From contig JAPDFW010000129.1 in the NCBI GenBank assembly GCA_028826165.1, positions 62,001-126,000 of the forward strand: DNA of 64,000 nt. The letters are read 5' to 3'. Below are positions 46,780 through 59,300 of the stretch, one piece after another; the stretch's first letter is position 1, and each line of letters begins with the position of its first letter. Under the pieces are notes generated by a model. That model searched no databases, was not told the DNA's origin, and saw only the letters and a program-made list of their open reading frames with translations. The stretch comes from Anaeramoeba ignava BMAN (lineage: Eukaryota; Protista; Anaeramoebae). The position numbers and the translations under genes are program-made.

Positions 46780-47835
46780 AAATGTGGAATAAAAACGGAA
46801 AAAAAATTAATTAAATTTATAATAAAATTAATTATTAAATTTATAAAGAAATTAATTATTAAATTTATAATAAAATTAATTATTAAATTTATAATAAAAT
46901 TAATTATTAAATTTATAAAGGAATTAATTATTAAATTTATAATAAAATTAATTATTAAATTTCTAATTAAAAATGTGGAATAAAAACGGAAAAATTAATT
47001 AAATTTATAAAAATTAATTATTAAATTTATAATAGAATTAGTTATTAAATTTATAATAAAATTAATTATTAAATTTATAATAAAAATTAATTATTAAATT
47101 TATAAAAGGAATTAATTATTAAATTTATAAAGGAATTAATTATTAAATTTATAATAAAATTAATTATTAAATTTATAAAGAAATTAGTTATTAAATTTAT
47201 AATAAAATTAATTATTAAATTTATAAAGGAATTAATTATTAAATTTATAATAAAATTAATTATTAAATTTATAATAAAATTAATTATTAAATTTATAATA
47301 AAATTAATTATTAAATTTATAAAGGAATTAATTATTAAATTTATAAAGGAATTAATTATTAAATTTATAAGAAATTAATTATTAAATTTATAATAAAATT
47401 AATTATTAAATTCAAATAAAAATTGGAATAAAAACGGAAAAATTGATTAAATTCATAAATAAAAATTAATTATTAAATTTATAAAGGAATTAATTATTAA
47501 ATTTATAATAAAATTAATTATTAAATTTATAATAAAATTAATTATTAAATTTATAATAAAATTAATTATTAAATTTATAATAAAATTAATTATTAAATTT
47601 ATAATAGAATTAGTTATTAAATTTATAATAAAATTAATTATTAAATTTATAAATAAAATTAATTATTAAATTTATAATAAAATTAATTATTAAATTTATA
47701 ATAAAATTAATTATTAAATTTATAAAAAAATTAATTATTAAATTTATAATAAAATTAATTATTAAATTTATAAATAAAAAATGTGGAATAAAAAATGTGG
47801 AATAAAAATTGGAAAGGAATTAATTATTAAATTGG
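46780..47835. repeat. 24-bp minisatellite (AAATTTATAATAAAATTAATTATT; variant ...AAAGGAATT...) interrupted by recurring TGTGGAATAAAAACGG-like units
   Basis: Direct; intergenic between ABCC and KAR. Confidence 0.9.
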
Positions 47836-47881
47836 AAAGGTATTTTTTTGAAAGAAAAAAAAAACTAGAAAAAAAATTTTT

Positions 47882-49470
47882 TTAATCTTGTTTTGATTTG
47901 TCCAATAATTGTTGTTTTTCAATTGCTCTTCTTCTCAATTTTCTTCCAATCTGAGCAACATAATTCATGAAGAAATGAACGAAAAAATTAGAGAAAATCT
48001 CGATAACTCGATGAATAGGAACAGGATTAATATCAATTTGAGGAGAACCAATTCTATTCAAAGCAGTTCGAACAAATTTTTGAGCAGAAGGAACAGTAAA
48101 AGAAGCTCGCATTTTTGTCATATTTGTCGCAATAAAAGAGGGTTTGAAACAATGAAACTTGATTCCTGAATCTTTATATTCATAAGCCAAAGAATTAGTA
48201 AAATTTAAAACAAAACTTTTTGTTCCAGCATAAAGACCAAGTAATGGCGCTCCGTGGATCGCTGATAAAGACCCCATAGTCAAAATTAAACCGTTCTTTT
48301 TCTCCATCATTTTCTCAATCATTAATTTTGTTAACTCCACAAAGTTAACTGCGTTGATGTTCATGATATTTTTTCTTGTTTTTTCATCCAGTTCGTGAAA
48401 AAGTAATGGAAATTCATTGCTTTGCCCTGCATTATTTACAAAAATCTCAATTTCTAAATCATTGATTTTGCTCGCAATTTTTTCGATTGATTCTTTTTCT
48501 GAAAGATCTGCTGATATGATTAGTGTTTCTCTGCTTGGTTCTTTTTCTTTGATTGTTTTTGATACTTCTTCCATTTTTTCTGTTGTTCTGGAAATTAAAA
48601 CTATATTGTATCCTTTTTGACTTAATTGAATTGCAAATTCTTTACCAATTCCATCAGAAGCTCCTGTTACAACTATTTTTATTATAAATTTAATTATAAA
48701 TTTAATTATAAATTTAATTATAAATTTAATTATAAATTTAATTATAAATTTAATTATAAATTTATTTATAAATATAATTATAAATTTAATTATAAATTTA
48801 ATTATAAATTTAATTATAAATTTAATTATAATTTTAATTATAAATTTAATTATAATTTAAATTATTAAATTTAATTATAATTTTAATTTATAATTTTAAT
48901 TTATAATTTTAATTAATTATAAATTTAATTATAAATTTAAAAATTTAATTATATAAATTTAATTATAAATTTAATTATAAATTTAATTATAATTTTAATT
49001 ATAAATTTATTTAATTATAATTTTAATTATAAATTTAATTATAAATTTAATTATAATTTTAATTATAAATTTAATTATAATTTTAATTATAAAATTTAAT
49101 TATAATTTTAATTATAAATTTAATTATTCACATTAAATTTAATTATAAATTTAATTATAAATTTAATTATAAATTTAATTATAAATATAATTATAAATTT
49201 AATTATAAATATAATTATAAAATTTAATTATGAATATAATTATAAATTTAATTATAAATTTAATTATAAATTTAATTATAAATTTAATTATAAATTTAAT
49301 TATAAATTAATTAATGAATATAATTATTGAGTTTAATTACCTGCCCATGAACCTTTTTTCACTTTTGCGAAAAATTTTGATTTAAAGAAAAACATGTAAT
49401 AAACCTCAATAATTATCTTATAAAGAATAAAGGAAAAACAGAGAAAACCAAAAAAAGACAAAAATCCCAT
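47882..49470 (-). CDS. Very-long-chain 3-ketoacyl-CoA reductase (KAR / HSD17B12 / Ifa38-like SDR), 2 exons
   Basis: Exon 1 49470-49341 (hydrophobic N-terminus...GSWA), exon 2 48672-47882: VVTGASDGIGKEFAIQLSQKGYNIVLISRT, FVNNAG, YAGTK (YxxxK), PSFIATNM. Confidence 0.9.
48680..49320. repeat. 12-bp (AATTATAAATTT)n repeat in the KAR intron
   Basis: Direct. Confidence 0.92.
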
Positions 49471-49554
49471 TTTCTTATTAATTTTGGAAATGAAAAAAAT
49501 GAAAATGAAAAAATGAAAAAATGAAAAAATTTAATTTTAAAATAATTTTTTAAA

Positions 49555-50490
49555 TTCCAATTTAAATTTAAATCTTAATTTTAAATTATTTTTTAAATTA
49601 AAGATCCTTATTAAAAAATAAATCCAAAATTTAATCAAAAATTAATCAAAAATTAAATTTTTTTATATAAATTAAATTATTAAATTTCAATTTAAATTTA
49701 AATCTTAATTTTAAATTATTTTTTAAATTAAAGATCCTTATTAAAAAATTAATCAAAAATTTAATCCAAAATAAATCAAAAATTAAATTATAAATAAATT
49801 ATAAATATTAATAAAATAAATTATTAAATTTCAATTTAAATTTAAACCTTAATTTTAAATTATTTTTAAATTAAAGATCTTTATTAAAAAATTTAATTAA
49901 AAATTTAATCGGAAATAAATCAAAAATAATTTATAAATAATTTATAAATATTAATAAAATAAATTATTAAATTTCAATTTAAATTTAATCCTTAATTTTA
50001 AATTATTTTTTACATTGAAGATCCTTATTAAAAATTTAATCAAAAATTTAATCCAAAATAAATCCAAAATTAAATCATAAATAAATTATAAATATTAATA
50101 AAATAATTTATTAAATTTCAATTTAAATTTAAATCTTAATTTTAAATTATTTTTTAAATTAAAGATCCTTATTAAAAATTTAATCAAAAATTAAATTAAA
50201 AATAAATCAAAAAATAAATTATAAATAAATTATAAATATTAATAAAATAATTTATTAAATTTCAATTTAAATTTAATCCTTAATTTTAAATTATTTTTTA
50301 CATTGAAGATCCTTATTAAAAAATTTAATTTAAAAAAAGTAGAATAAAATAAAATAAAAGAAAAAATTTTTTCTTTCTGTTTAAAACTGACGAATTGAAT
50401 AAAATAATTATAAAATATAAATAAAAGAAAGTAAAACAAATTAATCCTTAATTTTCAATTATTTTTTAAATTAAAGATCCTTATTAAAAA
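49555..50490. repeat. About 144-bp tandem repeat (6-7 units, each with AAGATCCTTA-like core) in the divergent KAR/kinase intergenic region
   Basis: GATC cores at about 49603, 49733, 49876, 50020, 50164, 50308, 50476. Confidence 0.9.
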
Positions 50491-50719
50491 ATTAAATAAA
50501 AAATTGATCACAAAAAAAAGGAGAAAAATTAATTTAAAAAGGAGAAAAATTAATTTAAAAAAAAATTTTTTTTTACAGTAGAGATCCTTATAGTTTTTTT
50601 TTTGTAAGGATCACCAGTCATTTTTTTTCTCTCATATTTTGAGATTCTTTTACTAACAAAACAATTTTTTATAATTAATTTTTAAAGCAAAAAAAAGCAA
50701 AAAAAAAAAAATAAGCAAA

Positions 50720-52926
50720 ATGCAAAGTTCTATTGGTAAATATATTATTCAAAGAACAATTGGAGAAGGAAGCACAAGTAAAGTGAAACTAGCAATTGAA
50801 CCCGAAACAGGAAAAGAGGTGGCAATAAAAATTATCCCCAAAAACAAAGTGACAGCCAAAAGCACAACATTGATTCGTTCTGAAAGAGAAATAGCAATTT
50901 TGAAACTTTTCAATCATCCAAATATTGTTAAAATTTTCGAAGTTTTTGAGTCTGATGAATATCTTTTCCTTGTTATGGAATACATGCAAAAGGGCGAACT
51001 TTTGGACTATTTGATTTCCAAGAAAGCAATCTCAACAACTCAATCCCTGTTCTTTTTCCAACAGATTATTTATGCTGTTGAATACTCTCATTCGCATTTG
51101 ATTTCTCATCGTGATTTAAAACTTGAAAATATTCTACTTGATTCATTTGGAAATGTTAAAATTGTTGATTTTGGAATGGCTGGTTTAGTCGATAATCAAA
51201 ATTTGTTAAATACTTCTTGTGGTTCTCCTCATTATGTTGCTCCTGAAGTTGTTACAGTAAATATTTATTTTTTTTTTGTTTTTTTATTAAAAAAAATTGA
51301 ATTGATGAAAAAATAATTAAAATAGGGGATTAAATCAAATAAAATTTTTTCTATTATTTTTAATTGAATTTACTAATAGAAAATTAATTAAAATCCAATT
51401 TTATAATTAATTTATTAAGACATTCAAATATTAATTTGATTTGATCTCAATATTTTATTAATAAAAAAATTTTTCAATTTAAAATTAAATTTAAAATTAT
51501 TTTTAATTGAATTTACTAATAGAAAATTAATTAAAATCCAATTTTATAATTAATTTATTAAGACATTCAAATATTAATCCAATTTGATCTCAATATTTTA
51601 TTAATAAAAAAATTTTTCAATTTAAAATTAAATTTAAAATTATTTTTAATTGAATTTAATAATAGAAAATTAATTAAAATCCTAATTTTATAATTAATTT
51701 ATTAAGACATCCAAATATTAATCCAATTTGATCTCAATATTTTTATTAATAAAAATTTTTCAAATTAAAATTAAATTTAAAATTATTTTTTAATTGAATT
51801 TAATAATAGAAAATTAATTAAAATCCAATTTTATAATTAATATATTAAGATATTCAAATATTAATCCAATTTGATCTCAATATTTTATTAATAAAAAAAT
51901 TTTTCAATTTAAAATTAAATTTAAAATTATTTTTAATTGAATTTAATAATAGAAAATTAATTAAAATCCAATTTTATAATTAATTTATTAAGATATTCAA
52001 ATATTAATCCAATTTGATCTCAATATTTAATTAATAAAAAAATTTTTCAATTTAAAATTAAATTTAAAATTATTTTTAATTGAATTTAATAATAGAAAAT
52101 TAATTAAAATCAATTTTATAATTAATTTATTAAGACATTCAAATATTAATCCAATTTGATCTCAATATTTAATTAATAAAAAAATTTTTCAATTTAAAAT
52201 TAAATTTAAAATAGGGAAAAAGTTATGATCCTTTCAAAGCTGATATCTGGAGTTGTGGAATCATTCTCTATGTTCTTCTTGTTGGAAGACTTCCTTTTGA
52301 TGCAGATTCTATTCAAGAAGTTTTGATCCAAATCACTCAAAATGAACCAGAAATCCCATCACACTTATCTCCTGATAAATCCCAACTTCTACAAGGAATG
52401 CTTCAAAAAGACCCACAAAAGAGAATGACAATCCAAGAGATCAAAGAAAATCCATGGTTTTGCTCCAACTTCCCACGTTATTTTGAACAACCAAAAACTC
52501 AAATTGATCCAAATTTTTTCTCACCTAGAAAAGTCGAAAATTTATCAACTTCAATCATTTCAAGTTTATCAAGACTTGGCATCGATGAAAATTCAATAAT
52601 CGAGTTTCTTACATCACAAGAAGCTAATTGGGTGAAGGTCTTCTATTCATTAAACTGAACAGAAAATCAAAAAAATTAATAAGATCCAAGTGACTTCACA
52701 AATGAACCAAAACGAGAAAGAAGAGGAACAGTTGGAAATGGAAATTGAAACCCAGAAAAAGGATCATCAGCCAACAAAAAAAAACTCAAAAGAAAATGTA
52801 GAATATCTTTCTCAAAAAAATTCCAATTTTCAACAAAAAAAAAGAATTTTTTTCAATTATAATTCATTTGATCCAAATAATTCAACAAGTAAAAAAAAAC
52901 AATTTTTTATTTATTTATTCATCATT

Positions 52927-52967
<41 letters not shown>

Positions 52968-53474
52968 GATCCATTTCACACTCAAAACCTCAAATCCAAA
53001 TCAAAGAGAAAATCTAAATCAGAAAAAAAAATGAGTAAAAAAAGATGGATTAAAAACATCTTCAAACGCAAAAGCAAAAAAGCAAAAAAGCAAAAGCAAA
53101 AAAAAGAAAAAGAAGAACGAAAATTTTTTGGATTAAATCCTCAATTTGCAAAATTAAAAGAACTCAAACAATTTGAATTTGAAACAACTTCACACAAAAA
53201 ATCAACTTGTGTTTCATTTAAAACGGATTTGCCAATTCTTTCCATTTTATCTAATTTGCAAATTGCTTTAATCATCTCCAAAATTGATTTCCAGTTTCCA
53301 AACTTGTTTTCAATCAAAACAAAAACAAAACACTCAAAAATTGAAATTAGAATTGTTGAATGTCCAATTTTTGCCCACAATAATTTAATTGAAATTCAAT
53401 TCATTCACAAAAAAGGAGATCCAAAAGATTTTTATACTTTTTGTAAAGAATTTTTGAGTATTTTGAATTTTTGA
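50720..53474 (+). CDS. AMPK-related (CAMKL; BRSK/MARK/Hsl1-like) Ser/Thr kinase with probable UBA and C-terminal KA1-like domain, 3 exons, one frameshift near 52654
   Basis: Exon 1 50720-51256 (IGEGSTSKV, VAIK, HRDLKLEN, DFG, NTSCGSPHYVAPE), exon 2 52215-52888 (KADIWSCGIILYVLLVGRLPFD), exon 3 52969-53474 (IQFIHKKGDPKDFYTFCKEFL). Confidence 0.88.
51350..52210. repeat. About 143-bp tandem repeat x6 filling kinase intron 1
   Basis: GATCTCAA at about 51443, 51586, 51730, 51873, 52016, 52158. Confidence 0.93.
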
Positions 53475-53565
53475 GTATTTTTAGTTTAATTTTTTTATTT
53501 GAATAATTAAAAAAAAATTGAAATTTATTTTTTTTCATTTTTTTCTTTTTCATTTTTTGTTTTAA

Positions 53566-53865
53566 ATGAGTTTTTTTAGTTCAATTTATTCTTCATTTAA
53601 ATCATTTTTTTCTTTTTCAACAAATTCAATTAAATTCAAAGACATTCAATCAAATCAAATTGATTGGAATTGTGGTTTATTAGAAAATATTCATCAAGGT
53701 TCTTGTGGAAAAATATTTGAAGAATTTATTTCTAGTTTAATTGATTCAAAAAATTCTGAAGAACAAAAAGAAAAATTTGAACTTTTAAAAAAATGCATTG
53801 AAAAAAATCCAAAAATTAAACCAAATGATCCTTCAAATATTCCTTTTTTCATTAATTTACAATAA
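53566..53865 (+). CDS. Small protein resembling a divergent Mia40/CHCHD4 core
   Basis: IDWNCGLLENIHQGSCGKIFEEFISSL...EKFELLKKCIEKNP aligns by eye to Mia40 [27 protein letters not shown]...CVEKFQHMQDCFRKYP; preceded by the TTTTCATTT motif. Confidence 0.6.
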   Translation: MSFFSSIYSSFKSFFSFSTNSIKFKDIQSNQIDWNCGLLENIHQGSCGKIFEEFISSLIDSKNSEEQKEKFELLKKCIEKNPKIKPNDPSNIPFFINLQ

Positions 53866-54027
53866 AAATACAAATAAAAAAACAAAAAATGAAATCAAAA
53901 ATTGATTTTTAAAATGGAAATTTTTTTATGAATTTTTTTAATTTGAATTCATTATTGGAATTTTTGAAGAAGAAAAAAGAAAAAAAGAAGAAAGAAGAAA
54001 GAAAAAGAAGTAATTAATGAAAATTGA

Positions 54028-55405
54028 TTATTGGAAGTTGATTATCGCATGTTTTTCGAAGTTATAAATTGCAAGAACTTTAACTTGAGCTGTCCAATAT
54101 TCTTTTTTATTACTTTCTTCTAGTTTTTGTGAATCAGATAATTGATCTTTGCTTGAGTTTTGTAAATCTTCTGTGGTCTTATCCTGAATTAGAATAATTT
54201 ATAAAATTCAATATTTAATTTAATATTTAATATTTAATATTTAATATTTAATATTTAATATTTAATTCAATTTAATTCAATATTCAATTTAATTCAATTC
54301 AATTCAATTCAATTTAATTTAATTTAATATTTAATATTCAATTTAATTTAATTTAATTCAATTTAATATTCAATATTCAATATTCAATTCAATATTTAAT
54401 TCAATTTTTAATTAATATTTAATATTCAATATTCAATTCAATTCACCAATTCAATATTCAATTCAATTTAATTCATTTATTTAATATTAATATTTAATAT
54501 TAAATTTAATTCAATATTTCAATATTCAAATTCAATTTTTAATTTAATATTTAATTCAATTAATTTAATTCAATTTAATTCAATTCAATATTCAATTCAT
54601 TCATTCAATTCAATTCAATATTCAATTCAATATTCAATATTCAATATTTAATATTCAATATTTAATATTCAATATTTAATATTTAATATTCAATATTTAA
54701 TATTTAATTTAATTCAATATTCAATTCAATATTTAATATTTAATATTCAATTCAATTTTTAATTTAATATTCAATTCAATTTAATTCAATATTTAATTCA
54801 ATTCAATATTTAATTTAATTCAATTTTAATATTTAATTCAATATTTAATTCAATATTCAATATTCAATTTGTTTTATTTAAAATATTACCTTTTCGATAA
54901 TAATTTTTTTTGGATCACTTAAAATTTTGACAACAATAGAATCAGCAATTCGTTTAAGTTTTGGATATTGGACAATAAAATTATGTCTCAAATTGATAAA
55001 ATATCTGAAGGGTTTATCATAATCGAGAAGAATAATATGATCTTTCTGGGGTTTTTTAAGATTTTGATCTGATTTATCACCATTTGATTGATTAACTCTT
55101 AATTGTGGAGACCTTTCAATTTTTTTTAATAATTTTTTTTTTAATTCTAATTTTTGTCTCTTTTCTTCAATTTCTTTTTCTAACTTTGGAATTTTGGTGA
55201 TATCAAGTTCTCTTCGTAAATTTTCATTTTCTTCATATATTTTTACTAATTTTTCATCAATTATTTTAATTTCTTGTTCTGAAAGTTCGTTTATTTGATT
55301 TTTATAAATATCAAAATTTTTTTCAATTTTTTCTCGTGTTTGTTGATATAATTCTCCATATTTTGTATCAAATTCATCGTTATTTTCTGTTGTTTTCTGT
55401 TCCAT
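54028..55405 (-). CDS. Hypothetical coiled-coil protein, 2 exons (55405-54890, 54183-54028)
   Basis: ORF 54878-55405 with a GT donor after IIEK; in-frame AG acceptor gives DKTTEDLQ...YWTAQVKVLAIYNFEKHAIINFQ*. Confidence 0.72.
54200..54870. repeat. Mixed 5/7-mer (TTCAA, TTCAATA, TTTAATA) repeat in the intron
   Basis: Direct. Confidence 0.88.
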
Positions 55406-55544
55406 TGTTTTAAAAATAAAAAATGAAAAAAAAAAATGAAAAAAAATTAAAAAAAAAATTTAAAAAAAAGGAAAAAGTGGAATTTAAAAAGAAAAAAAAG
55501 AAAAAAAAGGAAAATTAAGTTTCTATTCTTTTATTCTTTTCAAT

Positions 55545-56340
55545 TATTTAATTTTGATTTAAATTTTAATTTAGATTTTGATTTTGATTTTGATTTTAAT
55601 TTTAATTTTAATTTTAATTTTGATTTTAATTGGATTTTAATTTTGATTTTAATTTTGATTTTAATTATAATTTTAATTTTAAATTTATTTCAATTTTAAT
55701 TTTAATTTTAATTTTGATTTTAATTTTAATTTTGATTTTAATTTTAATTTAGATTTTGATTTTGATTTTGATTTTGATTTTAATTTTAATTTTAATTTTA
55801 ATTTTAATTTTAATTTTAATTTTAATTTTAATTTTAATTTTAATTTTAATTTTAATTTTAATTTTAATTTTAATTTTAATTTTAATTTTAATTTTAATTT
55901 TAATTTTTTTAATTTTAATTTTTTAATTTAATTTTGATTTTAATTTTAATTTTGATTTTTGATTTTTGATTAATTTTTCATTTTGATTTGTTTTTGATTT
56001 CCATTTTTTTTAATTTTAAATTTTGAAAAATGAAAAATGAAAAATTAAAAAGGAAAAATTTTGGATTTAAATTTTGATTTTAATTTTAATTTTAATTTTG
56101 ATTTTAATTTTAATTTTAATTTTAATTTTAATTTTAATTTTAATTTTAATTTTAATTTAATTTTAATTTTAATTTTAATTTTGATTTTAATTTTGATTTT
56201 AATTTTAATTTTGATTTTAATTTTAATTTTGATTTTAATTTTAATTTTGATTTTAATTTTAATTTTTAATTTTAATTTTAATTTTAATTTTAATTTTAAT
56301 TTTGATTTTGATTTGATTTTAATTTTAATTTTGATTTTGA
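55545..56340. repeat. (ATTTTA/ATTTTG)n intergenic hexamer tract
   Basis: Direct. Confidence 0.9.
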
Positions 56341-56342
56341 TT

Positions 56343-59300
56343 TTAATTATTTTTTTCTTGTTCCACTTTTTTCAATTTTTCCATTTTTTTTTGTTTTTGT
56401 TTTTCTTTCTCTTTTTGTTTCCTTTTTCTTTTCATTTTATTTCTAATAAATCCTCTTTTATCAATCCATTTTGGAATAAGAAAAGAAAAAATAATTGCAG
56501 AAATAGCTAATAAAAAATTGAAAAAGAAAGAGAAATAATAATTAAATGGGAATTTTGCATTGTTTGTCATTGACCATGAAAATAAAGATCCTGCCACTAA
56601 ATTTTGAATTAATTTTTGAATTAAATTTTCATTTTAATTTTAATTTTCATTTTAATTTGATTTTGTTATAAATGTTTACAAGTTGGACCAAATGCTCTAA
56701 AAAAAGCTGAAGAAGTTTGTCCAATTCCATTTATTCCTCCAATTCTATTTGAATTTGAATTTGAATTTGATTTTATTTTTAATTTTGATTTTAACTTTGA
56801 TTTTGATTTTGATTTTGATTTTAATTTTAATTTTGATTTTAATTTTAATTTTCTAATTGAATTTGATTTTAATTTTAATTTTAATTTTAATTTTAATTTT
56901 AATTTTAATTTTGATTTTGATTTTTGTTTTGATTTTAAATTTTAATTTTGATTTTAATTTTAATTTTGGTTTTGATTTTGATTTTGATTTTAATTTTATT
57001 TTTGATTTTAATTTTGATTTTGATTTTGATTTTATTTTTAATTTTGATTTTGATTTTAATTTTGGTTTTGATTTTGATTTTGATTTTTGATTTTGATTTT
57101 GATTTTAATTTTAATTTTGATTTTGATTTTGATTTTGATTTTAATTTTAATTTTGATTTTGATTTTGATTTTAATTTTAATTTTTATTTTAATTTTAATT
57201 TTGATTTTTGTTTTGATTTTAAATTTGATTTTAATTTTAATTTTAATTTTAATTTTAATTTTAATTTTAATTTTGATTTTGATTTTTGTTTTGATTTTAA
57301 ATTTTAATTTTGATTTTAATTTTAATTTTGGTTTTGATTTTGATTTTGATTTTGATTTTGATTTTGATTTTCAATTTGATTTTGATTTTGATTTTAATTT
57401 TGATTTTGATTTTGATTTTATTTTTAATTTTGATTTTGATTTTAATTTTGGTTTTGATTTTAATTTTAATTTTGATTTTTATTTTAATTTTAATTTTGAT
57501 TTTTGATTTTAATTTTAATTTTAATTTTGATTTTGATTTTGATTTTGATTTTGATTTTGATTTTAATTTTGATTTTAATTTTGATTTTGATTTTGATTTT
57601 AATTTTGATTTTAATTTTGAATTTGATTTTGATTTTGATTTTAATTTTGGTTTTGATTTTGATTTTGATTTTGATTTTAAATTTGATTTTAAATTTGATT
57701 TTAATTTTGATTTTAATTTTGATTTTGATTTGTGTTATAAAAATAAACCTGGATGGTTTTGCACTATTATTAATCAATATAAATGTGCTAGTAAAAGTAA
57801 AACTTGAAAATAAAGAACGAACAACCATTGCTGAAAAATAAAAAGTCCATGCAGCTTTTGAACCAAATTTGATATAAACTGGATTAATAAAAGGAAAAGC
57901 TAGAAAAACTAAAGAAGCCGCACCAACACCAATTCTATAAGCATTTAAAGGTGAAAGATATTCAGAAATTTTTGGATAAAGAAATATTTGAAAAATTAAA
58001 AAAGATCCACCAGCAACTGATGATCCTGCTGCAAGATCACTTGGTTGAAATTCAAGTCCTCCACTTGTTTTATCTTGGAAAAGTAATAATGGAACAATTG
58101 TGTCAAACACTATAAAGATAAATCTATTTTTTTGATTTGAAATTTTTGATTTGAATTTTTTCCAATTTTTTGATAAATAAAACTAACCCAATTAATCCAT
58201 AAAGAAGACAAACTAAAAAAATATATTTATGTGATTTTAAAAAAGTTCCAAAACTTTTTTTTCCATCATCTTTAAAGTTTTTATCAAATATTTGATAATT
58301 TAATTCATCCAATTCATCTTTAAATTTTGAAATTTTGAATTTTTGAATTTTTGAATTTTTGAATTTTTGAAATAAATAAATGAATAAAATAGATTATTAC
58401 CATCTTTTTTATCAAATTTTCTATCATTTTCATATTCATATTCAGATTCATATTCAGATTCATATTCAGATTCATTCTCAAATTCATTTTCAGATTCATC
58501 TTCTGAAATTGAATTTGGATATAATTTATTATTTGATTTTTTATCTAATTTTTTTTTTGATTTTGGGAAATTTTTTGTAAATGATATTTCAGCCCAATCA
58601 TTTTCATTTTGATTTTCATAATTATTTTCTTTGTGTTGATTTTTATTTAAGAAATCTGCATCAGAAACAGAAGTAAAATTTTCAAATTCAATTTCTTCAA
58701 ATTCATCCATTGAAATTATTTCATCATTTAAATTATTTGGAGAACAAATTAAAAAATTTGGATCAAGAACTAAATTTGAAAGTATTTTATTTTCTTTTGG
58801 AATTTCAAAATTTTTATCAGACATTAATCCACAACTAAATAATGGTCTTTTTCTTTTCAAACTTTCTTTCAAAAATAAAATATTAGAAATAAAACCAAGG
58901 ATTGAAATTCCAGCACAAATTCCATTTGGAAGAAAATAAGGATATTCATCCAAAAAACTTCCTTTTTTCACATCTAATTCAACAGTATATCCTCCTAACA
59001 TTGGTCCTCCAACTTTTTATTATTAAAATTTAGCATTTATTATTTTGAATTTTGATTTTGATTTTGATTTTGATTTTGATTTTGATTTTGATTTTGATTT
59101 TGATTTTAATTTTAATTTTAATATTGATTTTGATTTTCAATTTTAATTTTGATTTTGATTTTAATTTTGGTTTTAATTTTAATTTTAATTTTGATTTTGA
59201 TTTTGATTTTGATTTTGAATTTTGATTTTGATTTTGATTTTGATTTTGATTTTGATTTTGATTTTGATTTTGATTTTGATTTTGATTTTGATTTTGATTT

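Noticed and set aside
51257-51365. Alternative acceptor (aatag|gggatt at about 51325) giving a short 69-nt kinase intron
   Set aside because: It leads to a stop within about 13 codons and loses subdomains IX-XI; the acceptor at 52214 restores the kinase.
46780-52210. CRISPR-like reading of the 24-bp and 143/144-bp arrays
   Set aside because: Contiguous tandem units without unique spacers, no cas genes, eukaryotic context.
8218-52660. Programmed frameshifting, stop-codon recoding or mass pseudogenisation to explain the broken ORFs
   Set aside because: Breaks are mostly 1-2-nt indels in or near homopolymers, at different places in each paralogue and also in a single-copy kinase. This is typical of long-read consensus error. 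Premature stops appear only after an indel. Read or cDNA data are needed to exclude real pseudogenes.
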